Part shown: positions 12,835-25,999 of the stretch, in pieces | Layout: every line of letters starts with the position of its first letter | How positions within the stretch are numbered: position 1 is the stretch's first letter | NCBI GenBank assembly: GCA_030141605.1 | Contig: JAQGDQ010001542.1 | Coordinates: 1 to 35,538, forward strand | DNA from: Tubiluchus corallicola | Lineage: Eukaryota; Animalia; Priapulida | Direction: 5' to 3' | Length of the DNA: 35,538 nt | Translations under genes and position numbers: made by a program | Notes under the pieces: generated by a model | Seen by the model: only the letters and a program-made list of their open reading frames with translations | Databases searched by the model: none | What the model was told of the DNA's origin: nothing

Positions 12835-13105
12835 CCACGATTACGTCAGACACTGTACCCATGATTACGTCAGACACTGTATCCACGATTACGTCAGACA
12901 CTGTACCCATGATTACGTCAGACACTGTACCCATGATTACGTCAGACACTGTACCCATGATTACGTTAGACAATATACCCACGATTACGTCAGACACTGT
13001 ACCCATTATTACGTCAGACACTGTACCCATGATTACGTCAGACACTGTACCCATGATTACGTCAGACACTGTACCCATTATCACGTCAGACACTGTACCC
13101 ATTAT
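12835..13105. repeat. 24-bp minisatellite, about 11 copies
   Basis: Unit CCATGATTACGTCAGACACTGTAC. Confidence 0.95.
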
Positions 13106-13568
13106 TGTACAAAAATTTCAAGGACAAAGTTTGAAGCATTCGCATACTCGTTTAAATTTCATTTATACAAAGGCAAACTTTCACTTTTCTTAAAGTTTAC
13201 ATGCGCCAGCGTAAATTGTGTGTTGAGGGTATGAATGGTAAGCCATGTTGAGTTAGCTTACAATATATCATTGCAAATAACCCAGCTAGCAAATACGGAA
13301 CGCCTGTAAACCTAATATTATAATCTGAATGGCTACTTGAGTTTTTAGTTTACACATAGCATAGCTCACTTTTCAAACACTTGACTTCGTACACACTTTC
13401 TAACGGTTTGCTGAGTGAATGATGACCGCGTTTCGTAATTTAAAATTTACACACCAAAAATGCGTGCGCACTAACAAGTTGGATAAACAAGAAAATAGGA
13501 AATGATATTTAAAGTTGCGCAGTTTAAACGTACGATAGTTTTATGTAACAATTTCCAGTAATTTGTTT

Positions 13569-16345
13569 GTAATGTGGGTTACACATTCTCATACATTCAT
13601 TTCACAACCATACAGCACTGTAATGTGGATTACCGATTCTCATAAATTCATTCCACAACCATACAGCACTGTAATGTGGGTTACACATTCTCATAAATTC
13701 ATTCCACAACCATACAGCACTGTAATGTGGATTACACATTCTCATAAATTCATTTCACAACCATACAGCACTGTAATGTGGATTACACATTCTCATAAAT
13801 TCATTTCACAACCATACAGCACTGTAATGTGGATTACACATTCTCATAAATTCATTTCACAACCATACAGCACTGTAATGTGGATTACAGATTCTCATAG
13901 ATTCATTCCAAAACCATACAGCACTGTAATGTGGATTACAGATTCTCATAAATTCATTCCACAACCATACAGCACTGTAATGTGGATTACAGATTCTCAT
14001 AAATTCATTCCACAACCATACAGCACTGTAAGGTGGATCACAGATTCTCATAAATTCATTCCACAACCATACAGCACTGTAAGGTGGATCACAGATTCTC
14101 ATAAATTCATTCACAACCATACAGCACTGTAAGGTGGATTACAGATTCTCATAAATTCATTCACAACCATACAGCACTGTAAGGTGGATCACAGATTCTC
14201 ATAAATTCATTCCACAACCATACAGCACTGTAAGGTGGATCACAGATTCTCGTAAATTCATTCACAACCATACAGCACTGTAATGTGGATTACAGATTCT
14301 CGTAAATTCATTCACAACCATACAGCACTGTAATGTGGATTACAGATTCTCATAAATTCATTCCACAACCATACAGCACTGTAAGGTGGATTACAGACTC
14401 TCATAGATTCATTCCACAACCATACAGCACTGTAATGTGGATTACAGATTCTCATAAATTCATTCCACAACCATACAGCACTGTAATGTGGATTACAGAT
14501 TCTCATAGATTCATTCACAACCATACAGCACTGTAAGGTGGATTACAGATTCTCATAGATTCATTCCACAACCATACAGCACTGTAATGTGGATTACAGA
14601 TTCTCATAAATTCATTCCACAACCATACAGCACTGTAATGTGGATTACAGATTCTCATAAATTCATCTCACAACCATACAGCACTGTCATAAATTCATCT
14701 CACAACCACACAGCACTGTAATGTGGATTACAGATTCTCATAGATTCATTCCACAACCATACAGCACTGTAATGTGGATTACAGATTCTCATAAATTCAT
14801 CTCACAACCATACAGCACTGTCATAAATTCATCCACAACCATACAGCACTGTAAGGTGGATTACAGATTCTCATAAATTCATTCATAACCATACAGCACT
14901 GTAATGTGGATCACAGATTCTCATAAATTCATTCACAACCATACAGCACTGTAATGTGGATTACAGATTCTCATAAATTCATTCATAACCATACAGCACT
15001 GTAATGTGGATTACAGATTCTCATAAATTCATTCCACAACCATACAGCACTGTAAGGTGGATCACAGATTCTCATAAATTCATTCACAACCATACAGCAC
15101 TGTAAGGTGGATTACAGATTCTCATAAATTCATTCACAACCATACAGCACTGTAAGGTGGATCACAGATTCTCATAAATTCATTCCACAACCATACAGCA
15201 CTGTAAGGTGGATCACAGATTCTCGTAAATTCATTTCACAACCATACAGCACTGTAATGTGGATTACAGATTCTCGTAAATTCATTCACAACCATACAGC
15301 ACTGTAATGTGGATTACAAATTCTCATAAATTCATTCCACAACCATACAGCACTGTAAGGTGGATTACAGATTCTCATAGATTCATTCCACAACCATACA
15401 GCACTGTAATGTGGATTACAGATTCTCATAAATTCATTCCACAACCATACAGCACTGTAATGTGGATTACAGATTCTCATAGATTCATTCACAACCATAC
15501 AGCACTGTAAGGTGGATTACAGATTCTCATAGATTCATTCCACAACCATACAGCACTGTAATGTGGATTACAGATTCTCATAAATTCATTCCACAACCAT
15601 ACAGCACTGTAATGTGGATTACAGATTCTCATAAATTCATTTCACAACCATACAGCACTGTAATGTGGATTACAGATTCTCATAGATTCATTCCACAACC
15701 ATACAGCACTGTAATGTGGATTACAGATTCTCATAAATTCATCTCACAACCATACAGCACTGTCATAAATTCATCCACAACCATACAGCACTGTAAGGTG
15801 GATTACAGATTCTCATAAATTCATTCATAACCATACAGCACTGTAATGTGGATTACAGATTCTCATAAATTCATCTCACAACCATACAGCACTGTAATGT
15901 GGATTACAGATTCTCATAAATTCATTCACAACCATACAGCACTGTAATGTGGATTACAGATTCTCATAAATTCATTCACAACCATACAGCACTGTAATGT
16001 GGATTACAGATTCTCATAAATTCATTCACAACCATACAGCACTGTAATGTGGATTACAGATTCTCATAAATTCATTCCACAACCATACAGCACTGTAATG
16101 TGGATTACAGATTCTCATAAATTCATTCCACAACCATACAGCACTGTAATGTGGATTACAGATTCTCATAAATTCATCTCACAACCATACAGCACTGTAA
16201 TGTGGATTACAGATTCTCATAAATTCATTCCACAACCATACAGCACTGTAATGTGGATTACAGATTCTCATAAATTCATTCACAACCATACAGCACTGTA
16301 ATGTGGATTACAGATTCTCATAAATTCATTCACAACCATACAGCA
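13569..16345. repeat. 50/51-bp minisatellite, about 55 copies, with an internal block duplication
   Basis: Unit GTAATGTGGATTACAGATTCTCATAAATTCATTCCACAACCATACAGCACT; near-identical ORFs at 14312 and 15286 (offset 974). Confidence 0.97.
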
Positions 16346-16998
16346 ACTGCGTTTCGCCAGTTACAATAAGTCTATAATTTTCCAGTACGGGTTTCTCTGG
16401 ACAAGAAAAATAGCCAAACAAGGCCAAAGCTAAAATGACCCAATTATTACTCTCACTACATAGCAACATAAGTGCATTGATACTTCACACTCCTGGATGG
16501 ATATATAGTAGCCACCCGGTTAGACAGTTTCAACTTTGAGATGACACAAACGTCTCATACGTTCCATTGTCATTTGTCCTCAAGTTCCTGTTAGACGAGA
16601 TCAAAGCTGCAAAGTAGTGCTAGCAATAATACACTGAGTACGACGCAGTGACATCTACTGCGAAAAAGAGGAAGCATTATAAACTGGTGCCCCTTTAAAG
16701 TACCGTGGCCTAAAAATTGAAATGCTCTGAATCGATATGAATCGACAAACAAAGCGTTATAACGCCAAAGGTCAACGATAAAGTTTCACAAACTGTAGGC
16801 AAACTTAGATTATTTGCATAAAACATGGTAAAAACTTATCAGCTTACAATATAGGTCATTACATTTTACCATATGACTCAAATCGCAGACGTAACAATAC
16901 GAGAAAAACAGACACTCTATTGTACAAACAATGTTCGTTTCACAATGGCCATTTGTTTGGCTCGTTTAAATTGTTTTGATATAAATATGAACGGATTA

Positions 16999-17227
16999 AG
17001 CGGCGTTTATGTAGCATCCGGATGCGTATGCGTATGCGTGTGCGTTTTCCACCCGCGGGACAATCTGTAGAATAGTCTGCGGAAACAAATAAATAGGAAC
17101 ACGTACAGAAAAAGAACAACGCATACGCAGGCTACGTAAACGGGTGCATTAAAAACAACATAAGCCGATTTGATCTATTTCGCACCCCCCAAAGTGCATC
17201 CGCATCCGGTGCTACATAAACGCCACT
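16999..17227. mobile_element. Small MITE, PIF/Harbinger-like
   Basis: Inverted termini AGCGGCGTTTATGTAGCATCCGGATGCG ... CGCATCCGGTGCTACATAAACGCCACT. Confidence 0.75.
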
Positions 17228-17650
17228 CAACGGTCACATTTGCAAATCAAAGTCGACGAAGAGTTTTATTAAATTTTCTATATCACATCATCTGTCGAAT
17301 ATGCCAGGATCCTGCTTTGTATTCTCTTTATATAAGGACCTATTCCGTCGTGTGATTAACGACAAATACACAGCACCAGCTGTTCTCAAATCTCAAGCAC
17401 ACAATCCAAACTAATTACTCTAATTGCTTATCAGTAAATTTTGGGCTAGATTAGGCACACGCTACTACCATATGCTGTTTTATGTTTGGCAAATAGCAAC
17501 ACCCTTTGACTGAGATATAATAATTATTCGTGTTATTAATACAGTAAAAACTCGCCCTGGCCTCCAGTCAATTTGAGCATTACAAATTATGCTTATATGT
17601 TACACAACATATGGCGAGGTTGGGACACTCTACCCTCAAGCTCAGTGGGA

Positions 17651-18022
17651 CAGAGGCGTAGCACGGTGGGGATAACAGGGGGCACTCGCCCCGGGGCGCA
17701 AGGCGTGAGAGCCAAAATTCTTCTAGAGTTCAATGACTGTTGTTTATTAATTACTAATCCGACATTAACAAGACAATCAGCGAAAGTTTTCAAACTACAA
17801 CAAAATTACCTAGTCAGAGATCATCGTAGCTGACTTGATTACTACGTACAGCCTACGTGCTTTGTAGTACCGCAAACAAAACTCGGTAAAAGTTCATTTA
17901 TCTTTATCCCATCAAGTCGAAAAAGGACAATTTGTGGCTTCACCCTCGAATCAAATGATCAAAACATTATTAAAAGGGCAGGGCGTCGGAAGTTTTTTGC
18001 CCCTAGACGCCACAAACACTTG
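17651..18022. mobile_element. Degenerate hAT-like MITE fragment
   Basis: Starts CAGAGGCGTAGC and has GC-rich subterminal GCCCCGGGGCGC-type motifs at both ends; the right TIR and TSD are not resolved. Confidence 0.35.
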
Positions 18023-18682
18023 GGAGGGGGGGGAAGCTATCATGAATGATGTTTACGATCCCACGTTCACTTATGACGAAGATGTGACACTGGGATAATA
18101 AATCAGACACAACCCAAACAGAAGTTAGTCTGGAAGTGGTGCTGACAAGCCTCTGGCATAGCAGTGTCTAGTTTTTTTTTGCTGGATTACTGCCGTATTT
18201 ATGTCTTGAGGGCAGATTTGGTTTATTATAAAATTATGCCTGCCCGGTGTCTAGAATTGACCCTAACGGGGCGTATGATGATGTCTAAGTCATCTCAACT
18301 CGTTCGCTCACAGTCCTGTGAATTTCTGCCCCGCCCACAATCAACTCTCCTCTAATTAGGCCCTACTGACCTTCATGCATTTATAGCCATCATATGCAGT
18401 ACAGAAACGCCTAGGTTTTAATACTGACGTCTATTTCTGCACACAATGTCATTGTCCTAAAAGTAAATTACGCATTATAACCGGTACTGCCAGTCGTATG
18501 GAAACAGCATAAAATAAGGCGGTAGAAAAATAGACGGTTGTAACGTGGGTGGGTTAAACTAGATTAATGTGATATTAGTACAACAACCCTGCTTAATTAC
18601 TGTAGTTATGAGATTATCACGGTTGTACAACTATCAATTCACAGTTTTATCACCGATTACGCAAGCCATCACAAGCTACAAG

Positions 18683-18916
18683 CAGGGCCTATTTCAGCCT
18701 AGGCTCGGGGAAGTGGGGCATGCTTTGGCGCCCAGAAAATTTTTGAACTGCTAGAACGCTGGAGAAGCATTTTCGAAGAGAAAATATGGTGTTATACGGG
18801 TGTTAAAGGAAAGAACAGTTGAAAGAAAAACTGCTTTATTCTCAAGATCAGAACTTGTCAATACTGGCAAACGGCGCGCGTGCCGCGAGAAAGAGAGAGA
18901 GAGGGAGACAGAGAGA

Positions 18917-18975
<59 letters not shown>

Positions 18976-19023
18976 GAGAGAGAAAGAAAGAGAGGGGAGA
19001 GAGAGAGAGAGAGAGAGGGGGGG

Positions 19024-19063
<40 letters not shown>

Positions 19064-19154
19064 ATAGAGGAGGCAGTATGTACGCATAAAGCAAAAAAAT
19101 GTTACCTTGGCGCGAGGCCCCCTTGGAGGGTGAGGCCCGGGGAGTAAGGCCCTG
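18683..19154. mobile_element. hAT-type MITE containing an expanded (GA)n tract
   Basis: TIR CAGGGCCT...AGGCCCTG; flanking 8-mers GCTACAAG and GCTACACG match at 7/8, as expected for an 8-bp hAT TSD. Confidence 0.75.
18887..19070. repeat. (GA)n polypurine microsatellite
   Basis: Directly visible. Confidence 0.97.
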
Positions 19155-19314
19155 GCTACACGTACACAAAGCTTATTTTTATTACAAGGTAACTATCGAG
19201 TTTAGTAGATCTTATGAAAATGAGGGCAGATCAAAGTAAAAATCATTCATGTTAATCACTAAAAGCGCCATTATTTTACCATCCACCGATTAAGCAGTAA
19301 AACGCAAATCAAAA

Positions 19315-20195
19315 AAACCGGAACCCAATCTTAAACTGTAGGTCAAAATAATCTACCCTTTAAAATATTGAAAGGAAACATGCTATTTTTGCAAAAATGA
19401 CTTACGTGAAAGAATTATTACCACGCAAACGCAATTTCACCTTTGCGCTACTAGTTCTTCATTGTTACAGGTAATTCACCGGCTAGACGGGCACTACCAC
19501 CCGCATTTCGAAAACGCATTGCACGAAAAACAGGTGCTGTACCTCTCAATTCAGATGTGTTAGTTTGTGGCGAACTCCGCACGTTCGACAGCTCATGCTC
19601 AGCTCATTCATATACTACCCCATTTTCAAATCCGATTAAAAGTACACATTTTAACAATTAATACTGCAAAAACATTTCTGATAATTAAATTATAGATTAA
19701 AGACTTAATTAACGGCGGGCGATCTCAATTAGTGACGACATCACAAACTAACATAATTTTCAAAGCGTCAATATTCTACGAGCGTGTTGCACATGTTTCT
19801 GAAAGCGAAAATTGAAGTACAGTACCATTGTAAGATATTTAGTGTGTTGTACTAAAACTAGGCAAGTTTTAAGATAAAAATTCAAATTTGCTGCTGCACT
19901 CACACATGGACTGTCGAATGTAAGCAGTACGTCACAAACTAACACATCTGAACTGAGAGGTACAGCACCTGTTTTTGTGCAATGCATTTCCGAAATGCAG
20001 GCGCTGGTGCCCGTCTAACTAGCGAATGGCAAGATGCGTGTAACAGCGAAAAACAAGTGGCGCGAACGTGAAATTGTGTTTGTGTGGTAGTAATTCTTCT
20101 ACGTAAGTCGTTCTTGAAAAAAATAGTACGTTTCCTTTCAATATTTTCTGAGTAAATTGTTTTGACCTGCAGTTTAAGATCGGGTTCAGTTTTAC
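19315..20195. mobile_element. Foldback/MITE-like element with about 280-bp degenerate inverted arms
   Basis: GAACCCAATCTTAAACTGTAGGTCAAAA pairs with TTTTGACCTGCAGTTTAAGATCGGGTTC; CAGGTGCTGTACCTCTCAATTCAGATGTGTTAGTTTGTG pairs with about 19933-19971. Confidence 0.75.
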
Positions 20196-20399
20196 TTAAT
20201 GTTGGCAACAAGGGCGAGACAAGTAATAAGCATTTTACCTAGTTAGTTAGCTTAATCAAGTTATTTTAATTTTACATACTATTAACAAATAATAGTCTTT
20301 CTATCTTTTATATCATCCCATATATGAGCTTCATTCATTACATCATTCCATTTTAAGCACTAATGTTTTTTTATCACGATTCACTTTAAATTTTCAGAT

Positions 20400-20610
20400 T
20401 ATCTCCATTACTTTTTTTCTTTCACTGTGTGGGACAATCTAACAAGCCCTGCTTTTTGATTGCCCGCAACACATTTACCTTCGTGTATAGGTGAACAGTG
20501 TTTGAGGCTTTTCCTGTGCAGTATTTCTTATTTGTATTATATCCATTGTAGGCCCTTTCACTAGATATTGTATATGAAACTATTGTAAATGTGTAAGGTG
20601 AAATAAATGA
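20400..20610 (+). mobile_element. Possible CR1/L2 LINE 3'-UTR remnant
   Basis: ACAAGCCCTGCTTTTTG motif and terminal AAATAAAT resemble CR1-clade tails; no coding remnant found. Confidence 0.25.
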
Positions 20611-22467
20611 CTCATGACTTATTTTTGTTTGCTAATAACGTACAGCTCACTTTGAAACTAGAAATTGTGCAGGAAAAAGTTGCACGCGAACTTAAAATGA
20701 CAATTAAGTACGTAGATTACGATCTTTGTAAAAGTTATCACGGTCTGAAACTAAAGCATACGAAAGCTCAAAGTAGCCAGCGGGAATTAAGAGCCTGTTA
20801 TATATGAACAAATGCATGTTTACAACAATACTGCTTGAACATTGCCATGACTCTGAGACTTCCAATGAAAGTGAAAAGCTTTTCTAGTTATTACAGTAGC
20901 GACCTTCGCTCAGGAATCTATTGCTGGAGGGTCTACGTAAGAGAGAACAAAAACCAGGTTGCCAGACCAGGCAGGATTGCAAAAAAACAGGCTTTGCGAT
21001 AAACAATAAAACACACCCTATACTGCTATACCTAATTTCACCGCTAGGTGTTATCAGTTACATGTGAAATAGTGATGTGAAAACGTATTGGTCAAACCTA
21101 CTGCATGATTACGTGACGGTCATCTGATTACGTCACGGCCATCTGAAACAAATACCCTTGGACATTCTTACTGACACCAAACCTGACATTACAGATTGTC
21201 TGATTGATATTATATTTAATTTCCAGTAGACCTATAAGCTGCTGGTATAGGCATAGCTAACCTTTCCTTTTCAACCAGTTCTCACACCCTATCAGACCTC
21301 CTGCAGCTCTAGCAGTTTACAATCCCGCCACCTCCTTACAAGCCCCCCCCCCCCGATCGTCAGCTTGGTTCCCATAAAAAAACACAGCGAATCGTCCATT
21401 TCCAACTCCAAAAATATTTTTTAATTGAGTTGAAATTTGGTAGGATGATTAGAACTTTGGAATGTTCCTGGTTTAAAGGAAAAAATGTAGCAATTCCTTC
21501 GTTAACTGGAGCCGTTAATTAATTATTTTTAACAACATCAACCCTGTATTTCCCTGGTATTTATTCACTGCCTAAACTGATTAATTACTAATTAGATGAA
21601 AGAGCGAAGAGCTCCGTTGTTCTACAAAGCTGAACAGATGCGAGTCGTTTTGTCATGGTCGCTTTACGCCTCGGACAATGTCGCAAAGCGCCCCGGGAAA
21701 ATAGCGCGACCTTTCAGAAGTTCTGTACATTCTGATTTGTTCATTTTCTAACTACGCATGCTCTTTTCTTTGAAAAACACAAGTTTTCAACAGTACTACT
21801 TTTATCATGCTTCCAATAAAACATTTAATACAATCACTTAGCAACAATGAAATGACGATTTGAAATGAAACAAACAATTTGATGTTTGTTTGTTTGTTCA
21901 GTGGTCCTTATTAATCGTTTTCATGATCGTCCGGTAAATTTTCATGCTGCGAATCGTACACACCTAATCTTACTGAATACACACACAAGGTCGACCAAAG
22001 TCTGTCAACTCCTCTACCTTATCAACACTAGCACCTCGTCATTCACTGCTCACATTCGTTGAAATGAGCCCCTCTGTATTTTAACGGAGGATGGGAGGCT
22101 GCCATTAACAAACACTAAAGGGAACATTCAGATTCGTAAATAGTCACTATCTAAGGAAAACAATGGGTATTTCGTTTGATCACAATGCAAAGCTCACTTC
22201 GAGTTTCGTAACTAGACAAAAACCTCTGGTAATCTCATAGGACTGAAAGGGCTAACTTACTATTGTTTAAATGTCAGCAATGTTTATTCAGTGTCACTAA
22301 ACACTCCACAACATTTAGCACAATAATCCTAATTCAGTGGTTTATTGACATCGTTTTCAACTTAAAAATCAGGTAAAATTGGGCATGGAGGCAGCCACGA
22401 TGAACTCAGAAGACAATACTCACCATTTCTTCTAATGATAATAATATATTCAAAGTTGAAAACTTAC

Positions 22468-24705
22468 ATTTTTATTTCTCTCTTTCATTAGGATGGAACC
22501 TCCATTAGCTACTACCATCTCACCCTCAAATTCTATCTTACAAGGTTCAACGTGCACCGGAAACTGATCTTCTGATTCTTCCGACAAAGTTGTAAAAATT
22601 ATGCTTCCAAAAGCATTCTGTCCCAAGTACAATCCGTCCTCGTCACAGTCCATGTACAGATCCTCCACAGATGATGACGGTGGTTCGTCACTATCATAAT
22701 CGTCGTAGTCATCGGTGTCCTCTTCGTCACCATAACCGCTGGTAATCTCGCCGTCATCAGTGACTGAATCGTCATATTCACCAAAGTCATCATCAGCAGA
22801 CTCGAAGCCAAATCGGTCGATATGTTTACTGGTGTAGTCATCAACTACTGGTAAAAATACACCAGCAACATCGAGCCCAGGGGAGTGGTCATCATAAACG
22901 GACCAGTGGTCACCATTTTCTGTTACTGTAAAATGACCATTAACTCCATTTTCTACAACAGTTTCTTTTAATTTTTCATTATTCGTATCATTTGGAAGAG
23001 ATTTGACTTCATGTTCACTGTTATTTGAAACTTTGTTTGCTATTGCCTTTCCATGTTGATCAATATTAGGAGTCTTGTTTGGTACATCTACCCCATAACG
23101 ATATGTTCTACCCTTTGATCTCAGTTTTTCAACAATTTTTGGATCTACGCCTCTTCTCACGGCATCTCCTAATGGTGTTTTAATCAATGCAGGCATAGCC
23201 TGTAACGTCGCCTCTGTATTACCTTTCTGCCCCGATGGTGGGTGGATGAGAAACTGCTCCCTTTTAGCCTTTTCATCAACACTAAGGAGTTTAAAGACGG
23301 GTTTCAGGTTATTGCTACCACTAATGTAGTGCATGAAGGAAGATTCGTGTACACATTCATTCTTATGTTTCATGTGGTTTGGCAACTTGTTCGTTTCCAC
23401 GGATGTCCGCAGGTGTTTTGATTGTCGTTTTGTCTTGTTTATTATCTTACTAGGTCTTACCAACGCTTCTTCTACTACTGAAGGCTCATTCGAATCACTT
23501 GGCTTTGACTCATTATATATAGCAGGTTTTTCAGCATTGTCAACATCATCACTAGATAACATATTGCTATGTTTTTCGCATACCCAATCAGCAGAGCGGT
23601 GCAGTTCAGTCAGTTTTTCTTCTAACAGCAGCACTTTGTTTGATTTCGTTGATGGCGCTGAATTTTTTCGGTTCTTCAATAACACGTTATGTTTTACAGA
23701 ATCATTTTCTTGTACTTGCCATAATCCTTTTATGGTTTTATCTTTCAAAGTAGACTCACAATTATAATCGCCTATATTTACATTGTTTTTGTGCTTTAGG
23801 TTCAACTCATTCGTACGTTTCAACGACAATTCGGCACTAGAAAACTGTTTCCTTTTTTCAAAGAAGTTCTTGTAGCACATCACAGTATTGGGCTTAGGTA
23901 ACTCATTAACGGTAGGCTTAATTTTATGGTCTAACAAATTTTCAATTCTATGGCTCGCTTCCTGCTGCAAGTTCGAATTATTGTTAGTTTCACCACTTAT
24001 CACATTCTCTGTTAATGATAATGGGTCAGGTAACAACGCATGATCACACCTGGCTGAGTTAATTACTGCTACATTTTCAGTACTTTTGGCATTCTGATTA
24101 TTAAAACCATGTTTTACTTTAGAACTACCCATCCACAGCATTTGTTCAACACTGCTGGATCTTTTCAATGCATGTTCTTTTCCACGTGGGCCAGCACTTG
24201 GAAAATCTTTTGCTGTTTCTTCTCTAGTGTTTACCAAATCGTTCATAGAAGTAAACTTTCGACACAGTAAGCTAACAAATCCCGGGCGATATACTTCGCA
24301 CTGCCCTTGCTTTGGGTCACCCTGTACGCGGGATGTAATGTCGCCCTCACGGGAGACTCCTTCAGAGCTTTGACTTCGGTTGATTCTAAACGCGCTTCGC
24401 GTTTTAGCTTTCCCCATCTCGCGCTCTTTCTGTATCCAGGGATTCTCTGAAACGCGAGGTATATGTTCTGTTAAATTGCTGCGTTCAATATTACACGATG
24501 TTTCATTTTCACGTATTTTCTGAGCACGCTTAGGCGCTAAACCACAACTTCGCTTCTCCACTATAAATGCACACTTCGACGTATCATTTTTTCTCTGTAT
24601 CTTCAAATCCGGTAGTGGTTTAACCAAGCCGTTCTTTTCGCATGCTTTCTCATTGTGCTGTTTTCTCTTCTCCATCAACGAAATCATCCAACCCGGGAGC
24701 GACAT
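22468..24705 (-). CDS. Large first coding exon (746 codons) of a taperin/phostensin/bifocal-like PP1-regulatory protein
   Basis: Only long non-repetitive ORF. Motifs MSLPGWMISLMEKRKQ, ENPWIQKERE, PGFVSLLCRKF, LKRSSSVEQML, ELPKPNTV...FFE, an acidic tract and IEFEGE...GSILMKERNKN resemble the family as recalled. Phase-0 donor AAT|GTAAGT at 22468/22467. The unspliced ORF stops at 22450. Confidence 0.8.
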
Positions 24706-25999
24706 AATTACTATGCTCTAATCAAATTACCGCAGCAATAATGAGCACTTATGAAATGGGGTGTTCTAATGAATAGAGGACTGTCAAAACGGTGCCAATA
24801 ACCTTCTCTATTCGACCTGCTAAAACAAACCGCCTCCTGTTTGCCCGAATAGTAACACTGCTGATACAGAGAACTGCACGTACAGTAATAATCATGTTTA
24901 TTCAGATCTGTGCGTCACGCGTTCAGGTGTGAACTTCGCATCACACTGTCAACAATCTGTCAACTGATAACAGTACCGCACTGCCATCTCGCGTTGACAA
25001 AAATAGTTTTAGTGACACTTCTAATTTGGCAAGGCTATCAAACAGCTTTCATGTATGCAAAAATATGTATTCAAAAATAAGTATGTTACTTTTCTGCAAC
25101 ACGCCTGCTTTGCTAGGCCAAAAGCAACGTGAATATACTTTGATTTTTCTTTCAATGGCTGCTCAATATAAAAAAAATCAAGGCTTTTACACGCTGAGAA
25201 ATTTCCAGTTAAATAACCCAACTAAACTGAGCTCATGATTTTTTCATTACAATTATGATTATCATTGTTACAGATTTCACTGAATTAACAATTGGACACA
25301 AAACCTTCACTTCTATAAGTGAAATACTTAGAACTAATCCTGAACAACTAAAAACACCATACAAAACTCTTTTGTTAATGAAAACATATATTTTTTTGAA
25401 ATTAACGATTTCTTCATACATCAATGTAGCAACATTTTATACCTGAAAAATATTTCATGCATTTTAAGCCTATACAAATATACATATTTGGCAAAATACT
25501 TAGAATTAAGATAGATAAGATCAGAAATCAGAATTGCTTTGCTATGAGAAATGACAAAAATGGAAAGTACAAATTTTATCCCATTTAGAATAGTGAAGGT
25601 TCATCAGACATGAAATCGTATGGATGCCTCTACACATGTTCCTCGGTAATTTTGTAATCACTTGGAATAATAAGGATGTTAGCGACAACCACAGCTACCA
25701 ATGAAAAATCATAAGATTTTGTCATGTCTGTATTACCTTAGTGTACTACACTTACTGTACCGATTATTGTACACATGTCTGGTTAATCACTTTTCAATAC
25801 AAATTTGCTTGCATTGCTTTTCTATTAGCACAAGAAAAAAGCATTTAATAAGCTTGTACTAATCATTTTAAAAAATTCTGATATACTTATTCCCCGCTAC
25901 AACAGCTGTGTTCAGTGCATATAATGTGGAGCAATTGCAAATGCCGTAGTTTACTAGGCATTTTTGCAATTATGAGCAATTAGTAACACCACAAATACC

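Noticed and set aside
7276-16345. CRISPR-like appearance of regular repeats with hairpins
   Set aside because: Units are contiguous with no unique spacers, there are no cas genes, and the context is eukaryotic with spliceosomal introns.
13509-16698. Possible Kolobok-like termini (TTAAAGTTGCGCAGTTT ... AAACTGGTGCCCCTTTAA) enclosing the 51-bp array
   Set aside because: The match is short and degenerate and does not extend inward.
18800-19169. RE-rich and SL-rich ORFs
   Set aside because: Translations of the (GA)n tract inside a MITE.
22599-23767. ORFs 22599-22844 (-) and 23333-23767 (+)
   Set aside because: Shadow frames of the long real exon.
24840-25000. Defined core promoter of the taperin-like gene (TGCGTCAC, CTCF-like CACTGCCATCTCGCG)
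   Set aside because: The position is plausible but the motifs are too short to fix a transcription start without data.
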